64,000 nucleotides of DNA from the human T2T-CHM13v2.0 reference genome, Homo sapiens. The stretch lies in the NCBI RefSeq assembly GCF_009914755.1, contig NC_060926.1, one strand, 5' to 3'. A program made the translations under genes and the position numbers. Positions 1-13,610 of this stretch are shown here, one piece after another (the stretch's first letter is position 1; each line of letters starts with the position of its first letter). The notes under the pieces are model-generated. The model was not told where the DNA came from and made no database searches. It saw nothing but the letters and a program-made list of their open reading frames with translations.

Positions 1-197
1 CATGGTCATAGTTTGTTCAAAAATGAATCACTTCATTTAGGAGAAGAGGTAGGAGGGTTCAGCGGTAACCCCCGACCCCTGCCCCACGGAAACACTGCAC
101 CTTGTCTGCCACCAGATGTGTGTGGTTCATTATCTGGTTTGGCCAATCTATATGTCCCCTGAAAACTAGGAATGATCACATCTTAAATTCACAGGAA

Positions 198-325
198 CAG
201 TGGTTTTAAAGCAGTTTGGGGGTCTCAAAGATTCCCTTTGAGAATCTGATGGAAACTATGGATTTTCTCTCTGCAAATACCAACATAGGCTTACAAATTC
301 CAGGGAGTCCATAGGCTCCCATGAG
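198..325. mobile_element. Degenerate hAT-Charlie-type MITE fragment
   Basis: Starts cagtggttttaaa and contains ccctttgagaatctgatggaaactatgga, which resembles old Charlie-family MITEs; subfamily uncertain. Confidence 0.35.
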
Positions 326-359
326 AGGCAGGGCATCCCCAAAACTCAGCTAGCACTAG

Positions 360-666
<307 letters not shown>

Positions 667-1374
667 TGACAGACTTGTTACTGAAGAAACCCTGGAGTGA
701 ATTTGTTTATAAAGGGCCCTTTGGTCCCGGGGGTCCCCCCACCCCATCACCTCTTCTGTGGTTTTTTAAGACTTCATCTTTGAAAGTAGGATTTGCTCAG
801 TGGAAAAAGAAGTAGCTCAGACACTGAGACCTACAGGTCCCTGTCCCAGGTCAAAATGAAGCTCCCCTTTCAGTTTATTCAGAGATCAGAACATTCTTTC
901 CAAACCAGGAAATTGGATCAGGCCAACGTCAGTACAAAGTGCACTGTCAGGGCCTGGTGGGTAACTTGGCCTCTCGTGGGTCACTCCTTATGCTACCAAT
1001 ACCAGGACTATCTTAGATGTCTCGGCCAAAACCATAATCTCTGGCCCCCAAAGAGAATGCTGTCAGACAGCAAGGAATGACAGGTTTCCAGGAAGTGTAC
1101 GCCCTGTGCCACCCAGAGCTTCAAGAATCTTGGCTATCGTCCATTCATCAACTTGGTCATCAAATCTGCAGGCCATAGTGGGTGGTGAGCAACAAGTCTG
1201 GGCTGGAGAAGGCTGTGTTTACATAGCAGTTTTATGCCTGCCAATCTGTCTGTGAACTTTGGAAGACTTATTCACCACAGCAATATGGTAATTGTCAATG
1301 GGGACAATAAAGATTTCTTACGTCTGTGTGCCTTTTTACCCTATATAAAGCGCTTATGCCGATAAGGCATTCTC

Positions 1375-2190
<816 letters not shown>

Positions 2191-2336
2191 CAATTTTATT
2201 ATATTTTCTTATTTATATGGTGATAAACAACTCCTACTTTATTATAACCATTTTAAACATAAAGAATTTGAAGCTCAGAAAAGTGCAGGAAATGAATTCC
2301 CTCAATGAAGTTTGCTAACTTAGAGATTCCTGTGCC

Positions 2337-2848
2337 CAGGGTTGGGACTAGGGTGAGGCAAGTGAAACACCTAGTGTGGAAACAACAGGAGGACTCCCTC
2401 TCAGGTTTGGGTGACCCCTTGCCATGGTGAATTTGTCTACCAGCTGCAGTAGCAGTGCCAGGACCCATGATAGTTTTAGAGCCTATGAAAATGTTTTAAG
2501 GTATTTTATAATCAGAAAAAAGAAATCAAATCCAGCTTGAATTATTTGTCTCTATATCAATGCAGTTCTAAAATATAATTTTGTGTGTGTATGTATAGGT
2601 ATTTTTTAGATAGAGGAAGGAATCTACAAAGGCAAAAGTGCCTAGGGCCCCCAAAAGTCATAATGGTTTCTGCCCTGAAAATGAGCATCCTATGAAGAAT
2701 GAGGTACCCAGGGCACATGATTTAAAGAGGCTTTCATTTTTAGGTTCCTGCAAGTACTGAGCCTGCACTGTCATGATCCCCAGAGTGAATGCCTCCTTAA
2801 ATGCTATGAGCCAGGTGCCTGGCTTGCCTTACCCTAGGCCCAGCCCCA
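2337..2848 (+). mobile_element. hAT-Tip100 (MER91-like) element with an internal second hAT fragment (Zaphod/MER115-like, ~2450-2676)
   Basis: Inverted termini cagggttgggactagggtgaggcaag (2337) and cttgccttaccctaggcccagccc (2823-2846); internal ggcaaaagtgcctagggcccccaaaagtcataat. Confidence 0.55.
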
Positions 2849-3379
2849 CCTGCCTCCTTATCAGGCTGGACTGCTACTCCTGGCACACTGGGCAAAATCA
2901 TCTTGGGCCACAGATTCCTCCCTTGGCAGCATGCTTTGCATGTCTAAGGCAAGGAGGCTAGGGGAAGTTCAGTTTAGTCATAAAAAAAGCTAGGTGTTTG
3001 CCCACTGGGGCGCCCAGGAGAGGCCTCAGTGAACCCCTCCCCAATCAGCCTGCAGTAGTAACACTTACACCACTCACGCCGTCTCATCGAGTTTGCCACA
3101 TCTGTAGTTGTTCTTATTTTACTAGAAAGTCCTATTTGTAGTCATTCCCAAAGCATTAGCTAATTCTGCAACCCATCAGGATCAGATGAGGAAAGATTTC
3201 CTTTCTAAAGGTCTTCCTCTGGATTCAGAATCTTTCTTATATTTTCATCCCTTCAGAGCACCCTGCTCACCACCTCCTCTTGCTTCTCTGCACCCACAGA
3301 CTTCACGGGGTGCAGTCCTTTCATATTCACTCCTGCAAGGAGATGGCATTTGGAGAGACAAGATATACTTTACTTACTA

Positions 3380-3845
3380 AATAATTCATTCAGCAAATCT
3401 TCATAGAGTACCTACTAAATGCTCAGGCGCTGGGATACAGACGTGCACAGAACAATCCAAAATCCCTGCCTTCGTGGAGCTTACATTCTAGGAGGGATTA
3501 CATTGCTTACATTGCTGTCACTTGGGGCCAGCATTTTTGCACAGATGTGAAATAACAGCTTCATGGTCATAGTTTGTTCAAAAATGAGCAAATAATAAAA
3601 ATGTTAGAGCAATAATAAAAAATAAAGAAGTAAGTGACAAAATTTATAATGGGCCTGATAGGGATAGGTAATGGAGAAATAAAGCAGAGGATAGGGGATG
3701 CTGGGTGGGGCTGGGAAGTGCAATTTTGGATCAGGTGGTCAGAGGAGGTCCCATGGAGAAGATTGCATTTTAGTAAAGACCTGAAGGGTGTGAGAGAATA
3801 AGCCCTGTGGATGTCTGGGACATGCATTCCACGTGCCTGGCCAGG
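3380..3845 (-). mobile_element. L2 3' region, interrupted by a ~110 bp non-L2 insertion
   Basis: ttcattcagcaaat...tacctactaaatgctcaggcgctgggataca...ggagcttacattctag, then ggtggtcagaggaggtcccatggagaag. Confidence 0.8.
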
Positions 3846-4044
3846 GCACATCACTGCTGTGTTCCTGTGGGTTGATTCCTCTTACAGCACCAAACAGTCT
3901 CACAGAGTGAAGTTTCTACCCACCTCATGCCTTAAAAATCACACATGACTCCAAAGAGTCTATGGGATGAAACTCAAATCTCTCCATTTGGCACACATGG
4001 TTCTTCACAACCTGACCACAACCTCAGCCCACTCTCCACACAGG

Positions 4045-4621
4045 ATGGCAGGCAGCCTGAGACAGCCCCTGGTGATTCCCACCACTTGGTATTCATGTCC
4101 TTGTATAATCCCCTCCTCTGGAGAGTCACTGTGCCTGGTGATTTGCTTCTGCCATGTAAGTAAGGCGAAAACCATGGGATATCAATTCTGAGATTAGATT
4201 GAAAAGAAATCATGGCTTCCGTCTTGCACACCCTCCCTCACCCTTCTTTGCTCTGAGAAAAGCCAGCTCCCATGTTGTGAGCTGCTCTATAGAGAGGCCA
4301 ATGAGGCAAGGAACCCAAGGGGACCTCAGGTCAAAAGTTGGAGAGGAGCTGAGGCCTCAGCCCAATAGCCTGTGGGAAACTTAATCCTAGCAATAACAAC
4401 ATGGGTGAGCTTAGAAGTGGACCTTCCCCTGGTTGAGCCTTCAGATGGGACCCCAGCCCTGGCTGGCACTCTGACTGCACTCTGACCTTGTGATAGACTT
4501 TGAAGCAAAGGCACCCAGCTAAGCTGTGCCCAAATTCCTGACCCAAAACTGAGATAATAAACATTTGTAATTTTAACAAGTTTTGGGATAACCTACTATA
4601 CAGCAATAAATAATTAATACA
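4045..4621 (+). mobile_element. MaLR LTR (MLT1F-like)
   Basis: gattcccaccacttggtattcatg...ccatgttgtgagctgctctatagagaggcc...gagataataaacatttg...cagcaataaataattaataca. Confidence 0.8.
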
Positions 4622-5635
4622 ATACAACCTCACTAAGTGCCAGAAAACCACTCCAGAGTTTAGCACCACTCTAAATTCTTGACCAGCATTTCCTCCAGGG
4701 CTGTCATCCAGCCTCACATTCTATTGTGCTTCTCTGGCCACCCAACTCTTCATCTCTCCCCAACAAATATAGTAGATCACACCAACTCTCTTCAAATTTC
4801 CAGCCCTCTGACTACCCACCCTTAGAGACTCCTCCCCAGCACTCTCCCCTCAATCCCAGGAGATGACATCACCAAGAATATGAAAGTTATCAGATGAGAA
4901 GTCTCTTAACCTCTCAGCTCGAAAGAGACAAAGTTATCCATGTTTGGATGCAACCACTCATGTCTCCCTCCTGTTGCAGTAGAGGACTAGTCCTTCAAGC
5001 TGATCCCAGTTCCTCCTCCAGCAACTGGATCCCATCCCATCTCTTTACATTGTCAAGGATCCCTCCTTTCTTCTGTATCTTCAACCCCTTCCTCTCCTTT
5101 CCAACAATCTTTCAAGTTACTCAGTTCTCTCCCATCTTAACAAACATTTCCTTGATCCCAGAATCCCCTCCTGCAACTGCCACCCACTCTGACTTCCTCT
5201 GTAACCAACCTCTTGCTGTGTCCTCTGCATTTCCTCCCTTTGCAGCCACTCCAGTCTGGCTTTTGCCCTAATCACTCCACCTGTCTCCAAAATCATCAAT
5301 GTCCTAGAGGCTGCTAATCAAATAAACATGTTTCACACCTCAGGTCGTTTGACTTTCAGGACCATTTGAAGCATTAACCGCTCTGGGCTTCAAGACTCTC
5401 CTGGCCTCCCCTTTATAGACCCTGTTGCCAACTCCTCTCCTCTACCCAACCTCTACTACTAGGGTATCTCAGACTAGGTCCTAGGCCCTCTTCTACCCTC
5501 CCACCCCTTCCATCCAACCCTACGTAGAGTTTCCTTTTGCTAGGCATTCCCATTCACAACTCAAATAATATCTCTGCATCTGCATCTTTAACTCTCAAAT
5601 TTATACCCCTGATCCAGACATCTTTGAGCTATAGA

Positions 5636-5944
5636 TTTTTTTTTTCTTTTTTTCCTTTTTTGAGACAGAGTCTCGCTCTGTCACCTGGGCTGGAGGGTAG
5701 TGGCACGATCTCAGCTCACTGCAACCTCCTCTTCCTGGGTTCAAGCGATTCTCCTGCCTCAGCCTCCCTATTACTGGGATTACAGGCGCATGCCACCATG
5801 CCCAGCACATTTTTGTATTTTTAGTAGAGACAAGGTTTCACCATGTTGGTCAGGCTGGTCTCGAACTCCTGACCTCAGGTGATCCACCCGCCTCAGCCTC
5901 CCAAAATGCTGGGATTACAGGAGTGAGAGCCACTGTGCTAGGCT
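5636..5944 (-). mobile_element. AluS (Sx/Sq-like)
   Basis: Full antisense Alu with ctcctgacctcaggtgatcc. Confidence 0.93.
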
Positions 5945-6227
5945 TGAGTTCCAGATCTATATATTCAACTGCCTGCTATCCACTTAGACGGCTCATAAGT
6001 ACCTTAGATCCAATATGTCCAAATTTGAATTCATGTCATGCACCTCACAGTTGGTATTTCTCCATTGTTTTATTTCTCAGAGAATTGCCCAAAACCAAAA
6101 TCTGGCAGTTCATGGTTACTACTATCCATTCTGCTCCTAAAAGCATCCAGCATTTGCTTTCTTCTGCAACACCACTTCTTTAGGCCAAGCTACCATCCTC
6201 TATGACCTGTAGTAAAGCAAAGTCACC

Positions 6228-6335
6228 ATTCTTCTTCTTCTTCTCCTCTTTCTCTTTCTCTTCCTTTTTTCTTCTTTTTCTTCTCCTCCTCCTTTTTCTC
6301 CTACCCCTTCTCCTTTTTTCCCTTCTTTTTCTTTA
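6228..6335 (+). repeat. CT/TTC-rich polypyrimidine low-complexity tract
   Basis: ttcttcttcttc...cttttttctttaa. Confidence 0.85.
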
Positions 6336-6357
6336 AAGCAATGTCCTTCTAACTGAA

Positions 6358-6846
<489 letters not shown>

Positions 6847-7777
6847 CTAATCGGCCTCAACACATCCATTCTCGCTCCACTCCATTTTCCATGCAACAGC
6901 CAGAGGGGTCTTCTTCATAAGGCAAATTTCATTGCATCCCTCCCCTTGCTCTTAGAATAAAGCTCAAAGCCTTCTGGCCCTCCAGCATCCCCCGCTGCCT
7001 GCCTCCTGGAAGTCTGGCTGCTCTATGGAATCTGAACTACTTTCAGATACTCTGGACTCTGTGTCCCTTCTACATCAGGCCCATCCACGTGCTGTTTTCT
7101 CTTACTGGAATGCCTTGCCTGACTAATCCCACTCATCCCTCAGGAGGCAGCTCATCTATCTCCTCCTCAGGCATAACTCTCCTGATCCTCAGATCAAACG
7201 GGCTCCTCTCACCCCATTCATGCTTCTATAGCTCCTTCTTCTTCCCCTCCACAGGCATGGGACTATTGTCAATATACAATTACCTATGTGATTTTTGTTT
7301 GTTTAATTTCCCTTTTCCACTAGAAAGAGGTAAGAATTATGTTTGCCTTGTTCTTTTCTGCATTCCTGCAACCTAACCTAACCCAATTACCTGGAACGTA
7401 GTAGGTATTTAACAACATTTTATGGAATGAGAATGAACACACACACATTCCTCCAACCCCACAGCGTGGCATATTTTTCCTTCTTCTTGGAATGCACCAA
7501 CCCTGTCTACAGCCTCTCCGTGTTTCCCCTTGTCAAACTCCTACTTATCCTTCATGACCTAGTTTAAAAAGCTCTTCTCCACAATTCCTTCCTGGCTCTC
7601 TCAGGCAGAGCTCATCTCTCCTCCTCTGGGAGCTGATAGTATGCCTCCTCTCTTGGTATTTTAGTTACTTGTTTGTGAACTGCCTTCCTGCTGCTGCTGG
7701 ACTTCATGATCATCCTTCTTCTAGAGTTCATAACTTATTTACTGGACGAATGCACAAAAAAATGAATCAATGGGGAT

Positions 7778-7874
7778 CCCATCACTCTCAAGTCAAGCTG
7801 TTTTCCTGGGGGAGCTGGACCCTGCTTTTAAGCTCCAATATGGAACCACCAAATTGTTCAAAGGCCAGCAGGCC
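7778..7874 (+). repeat. 97-bp local direct repeat, copy A
   Basis: 91/97 identical to 8155-8251. Confidence 0.95.
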
Positions 7875-8154
7875 AGACATTGGGGATCTCATTGTAACTC
7901 TGAAGTATTAGACATACATACGATTGCCCCACAACACACGAGCTAAACTCTTGGGTCACACACAAAGTCCTTGTGCTGCACCCCTCAGGCTGACCAGAGC
8001 TTTTTTTTTTACTGGGCCTCTGAAAACAGGTCTGGAGGAGTTTTTTGATGCAGGCTGTTGGGTGGGCTTCTAGAGTGGGGAAGGCCATGGGACTCTTTGC
8101 TCCAGGGGCAGTGCGGGGACAGAAAGGAATGCAGCCTCAGCCCTGGACACCCTC

Positions 8155-8251
8155 CCCATCACTGTCAAGTCGAGCTGTTTTCCTGGGGGAGCCTGACCCT
8201 GGTTTTAGGCTCCAATATGGAACCACCAAATTGTTCAAAGGCCAGCAGGCC
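8155..8251 (+). repeat. 97-bp local direct repeat, copy B
   Basis: 91/97 identical to 7778-7874; last 43 nt identical. Confidence 0.95.
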
Positions 8252-9014
8252 TTCATTCCAGACTAAGGGTAGTGGGAGAGACCAAGGCCAGAATGGAATA
8301 AGGAGAAGGGTCTGCTGCAGGGCCAAGGCCATGTGGAAGAGATGCTTCATGGCAGGCTCCAGCTGCCCCCAGACAGGAGCTCTTGGCATTTTCCATACCT
8401 GATTCTAGCTGACCGCTAACCCAGCTGGCAGCTTTCTCCTTCCCCAGCTGCTCAGCCTGAGGAGGGGCCTACACCCTCAGACTTGCCCTATACATCAGCA
8501 GGTCCCGGCTGCAGCAGCTGGGCAGGAGGCCTACCGCATTGGTTCACGTCTGCTGACCAAGTGGAGAGAAGCAGAAGCAGACCTGGGCAGGGCAGGAGGA
8601 AGCCATCTGGGGAAATGCAGCTGAGGGCCCGCTCCCCGAGCCCCACCCTGCCTGCCCTCAGGCCCAGTTTCTCTTTCCTTGACCAAATCCACTTCCTGAG
8701 TGACATAGGTGGAATGGGGTGGGAGAGAGACAGCCTTTGGAAAAAGACCACCTGCCATGTGTTAGATGCAGTGCCAGGGGATGACCAAGAAACACCTCTT
8801 CCAGGTGACAGAGATGGAGCAAGGTTGACATCATGGATGATAATAGTAATATAGTGGCTGACGTGTTGACCTTTCGTAAGTAGCAGGCCAAGAACTTTAC
8901 AGAAATTGTCCCGTTGGGAAACCTAGCTCTATCACTGAAAGAAATTAAATTCCTGTTCATTGTCCCTACACATCTTCACATGTTTGCAGAGAGCCGGCTG
9001 CATGCACTACAGGT

Positions 9015-9558
9015 GAGATGCCTCTCATGGGCCACCCAGTCCCACTCTGGGACCCTTGGCTGCTGGTTGTGCTCCAGCCGTGTCTGAGTGATCAACTCAG
9101 CAGCAGCTCAGGCAGCTCCCAGGGGGCATGACCTGACAAAGCTCTCAGGTCACACCTACACTGCACACCTCTCCTTCCTGCCTTGGGGCTACCTGCAGTC
9201 TCCGAAGTATGAGACGCCACTGATGGACCTCATATGCAGAGCCCTGAAGGGTGAGGTCAGCAAAGCTTTGACCAATGGCAGACAGGAGATAGTGGACACA
9301 TTCTGTCCCATTCCTCCCCACTGGCCAGGCTGTCCTAAGGCCCAGAGGTTCATACAGCCTCTTAGAAGACAGTCCTGCAATCACAAGCAATCGGCTTATC
9401 CAGTGTAAATGGTGCCTACCTGGTAACACACACTCATAAGGGCTCTCCCAGCTTCCTGCCCCACTCCACTCTTCCTTTGCTTTTACTTCCCAAGCATTGC
9501 ACACCCTAATAAGGCAGTAGCGTACCAGCTTGTGCCTCAGGGTACCCAGGCTAAGACA
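9015..9558 (+). mobile_element. ERVL LTR (LTR16-like)
   Basis: gaccaatggcagacaggag...cctaataaggcagtagc...cccaggctaagaca terminus typical of LTR16. Confidence 0.6.
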
Positions 9559-10968
9559 GGCGAGTGGAGAAACAGATATGGAAACAGATATGAATGCACA
9601 TTATTTACGTGAAGGGGAAAAATAAAGATTGCTGGTGAACTCCAGGCTGAAGATGATGAGTTCTGTTCTGTGATAAGAGTGAGCTGTGATTTGTAGGGCA
9701 CTAACCTTGCAGCTGCCTGGAGGGTGGAAGTGAGAAAATGGAGGCTCGAGACAGACAGTCTGGTTGGTGGCTGTGGCACTGTAGTCTGGGTGGAGCTGGG
9801 GCTACTCAGGCACTCTTGGGGTACTTGCCCAGGGGCCCGGTGGGGTAATTGCTCCTTTCTGGAAGAAACAGTGGGAGAAGGAAAGAAATAAGGCCCCCAC
9901 CTAGGAGCCTCATTCATCTTTGACTTATATACCCCGGCCCCAGTTACATCTGGGAGGGTGTCCCTGGTCCCCTCCAGCCACCATCAGTCACCTAAATGGA
10001 GAGTTCTAGGTTTCGTCAGGTGTGGGGGGCTTTAGAACAGCTTCTCTGATGTAGGACTCTGGAATCCAGTTCTGGAGAAACATTGCCTAAAATGACTAAA
10101 CGTTTCAAAATGCCACTCTAGGTCTGTGGCTCTTTGTATCCCAACATGGACCGTTCTAGCTCTTGTGTTCCTTCCCAGAGCAAGGACTTCCCATGGGGCC
10201 ACCTGATAGCCTGGGCCCAGTGGAGCTTCCTTGGTCCAAGCCTCCCCCGTCAGCCTGGACTTCAACCCTCAGGTGCTTGGCTGCCTACCTCCCCATGGCT
10301 CTGACTCTACTCATGCACTCCCCAGCAAGGGCCAGGGAAGCTCCCTCACAATCATGGTGGCCCTCCTTGACACAAAAGTCGCTGGCAGCCATGGCAGAAA
10401 GTTCCAGGGAGGTCGATTTTGGCTCTGCGTGTGTGGCTAAGCTTTGGTGAGAGAAGGACTGATTTCATTTGAATGACGTAGACAGAATGACACTCCATCA
10501 GGCCTGAGGTCACACCCAGGACATGAGGAAAATCGACACCCCCGGATGACCCAGCACTTCCTAGCATTCTGCCCCGAACAGGATTTCTAAAGGGTTTGAT
10601 GAATACAAAATAATACCAACGCACCAGCCTTCTCATGCTCAGCAGTCACCTCCCCGCCTGGCTTGGGAGCCGTGCTGACCTTTCCCAGTCGTTCTATTCA
10701 CAGCACTCCCTGTGGGCACTTCCTAGCAACCGGTCCTTCCCTGACACGAAAACAAAACCAGACCTTCACCAGGATGCCTTGTCTACTCCACCTTCTCCAT
10801 CATTTGCCCCCACAGGACTGGCTCGCAGTGGGTGTTGTGGACTGCCGTGCCCCACTGTGCAGCAGTTCTGAGAAGGAGACTCTGCCTCCATTACAAGAAA
10901 TGATGTGGGAGGGACACTGCTGGCGTCTTTCTCTGCCCCTTCCCTCCAAACTGCCTGCCTTCCTATGA

Positions 10969-11391
<423 letters not shown>

Positions 11392-12384
11392 TGACGGACA
11401 GAATATAGAGCTTGCCTTTTTAAAAAAACTCCAATCTGACAATCTCTGCCTTTTAAATGGGATATTTACACCATTTGAAGGTAATGTGATTATCGATATG
11501 ATTATTATTAAACTTACTATCTTGCGCTTTGTTTGCCATTTGTCTCATCTGTTTTTGTTACCTGTTTTTTTCATCTTCATCCTCTTTTGAGGTAAATTAT
11601 TTTTTATAATTCTATTTTATCTCTTTTATTGGCTTATTAGTTATATCTGTTTGTCTTGTGTTTGGGATGTTTGCTTTAGCGTATATAGTATACATCTTCA
11701 GTTTATCACAATTCATCTTCAAAATATAGGATGGCAATTCATTTACAACACAAGAACCTTACAGTATACTTGCATTTACACCCTCCCTTCCTGGCCTTTG
11801 TGTTATTCTTGCTAGCCATTTTACTTGTGCATATAAACCTCACAATACATTGTTATTATTTTTGTTTTTAATGATCAATTGCCTTTTAAAGACATGTTAA
11901 AAATAAATTTGTTTTTAATATTTACCACATATTTATTATTTACAGTCTTTTCATTCTTTTATGTAGAACAAAACTTCTATTTGATTTCATTTTCTTTCTG
12001 TCCAAAGATTCTCCTTTAACTTTCTTTAGGATTAGTGACCAATTCTTTTAACTTTTGTATGTCTAAAATAATTAGTTCACCTTTTTTTGCAAGATATTTT
12101 GCTGTATATAGAGTTCTAGGTTCACGGTGTTGTCTTTCAGTTCATTAAAGAAGTTGGTCAACTGTCTTTTGGATTGCATTGTTTCCAACAATAAGTCTGC
12201 TGTTATTTTCTTTGTTCTTCATGCCCGTGTCCTGGCTGTTTTTAAGGTTTTCCTCCTTATCTCTGTTCTTAAGCAATTTGATTATGTACACTGGTGTTGT
12301 TTTCTTCATGTTTCTTGTGCTTAGGGCCCATCGAGCTTCCTAAATATTTTTATCAAATTAGAAAAAAGCATTCAGCTATTATTT

Positions 12385-12682
12385 CTTTTTTTTTTTTTTT
12401 TGAGAAAGAGTCTCGCTCTGTCTCCCAGGCTGGAGTACAGTGGCACTATCTCAGCTCACTGCAAGCTCTGCGTCTCGGGTTCACAACATTCCCCTGCCTC
12501 AGCCTCCCAGGTAGCTGGGACCACAGGCACCCACCATCACGCCCGGCTAATTTTTTGTATTTTTAGTAGAGACGGGGTTTTACTGTGTTAGCCAGGATGG
12601 TCTCGATCTCCTGACCTCGTGATCCGCCCACCTCAGCCTCCTAAAGTGCTGGGATTACAGGCATGATCCACTGCGCCCGGCC
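12385..12682 (-). mobile_element. AluY
   Basis: gttagccaggatggtctcgatctcctgacctcgtgatcc; TSD tattatttctt. Confidence 0.93.
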
Positions 12683-13324
12683 TTATTATTTCTTCCTTCT
12701 ATCTCTCTATTCTTTTTGTGGGGACTGCAAAAAGAATTATTATATGTTATTGTATATAAGCTATATGTTATATTATCTTGCTTGAAGTTGTTCTGCAGCT
12801 CACTGATGCTGTTTACTGTTTTTCTTCAGTCTGCAGTGTCCAATTCATTCTTATTCCCATCTAGTGTGTTTTTCCATCTCAGACATTAGAGGTTCTTGTT
12901 TGTTTGTTTTAATCTCTACAAGTTTGATTTAGGTCTTCTCCTTTAAATATCTACCACCATCTCTTTAATATGCTCATGCATTCCTCTGTCTTCTCCATAA
13001 ATATATGGAGTATATTTACCTCATTTAAAATACTGTTCTTGTCTATTCACCTGTGTCATTTCTGTATCTATTTCTATTGATTGATTTTTCTCCTCTTTAT
13101 ATTGTTTTCCTAGTTCTTTGACGCCTGATAATTTTTTATTGGATGCCAGATTAGTGCTGAATGCTAGGTTTCTTCTTTAAATGCTTTTGAGTTTTATTCT
13201 GGGACTCAATTAAGCTACTTGGAAACAACTTGATTTTTCAAGACTTGCCTTCAAGCTTTTTACCTGGGTCAAAGCAACTTTTAATCTAGGGCCAATTTTT
13301 CCCATTACTGGTCCAGGCAGCGAG

Positions 13325-13610
13325 GTGCCATCAATGATTTTTAAGCAAGACAGAGACATGATAGAATTTGCATTTAAGAAAACCACTCTGGCAGCATGAA
13401 GAAGATAGAGGGAAGAGATGGGAAGGACAGAGAGAGACCTAAGGCAGAGCTCACTGTTTATTCAGCCCAGGTAGTGAAGAAGGCAGGAGCTCAGGCTGCA
13501 GCCACTGTGGGGGTCTGAAATATCAGGATTGGAATCAATGGTGCTTGATGTGGGTAAAGTAAAATGGAGAAGGGTGAGTCTGAAATAAGCTGAGGTTTCC
13601 TCATTTCTGG
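13325..13610 (-). mobile_element. L2 fragment
   Basis: gatttttaagcaag...catgatagaatttgcatttaagaaaaccactctggcagc. Confidence 0.65.
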
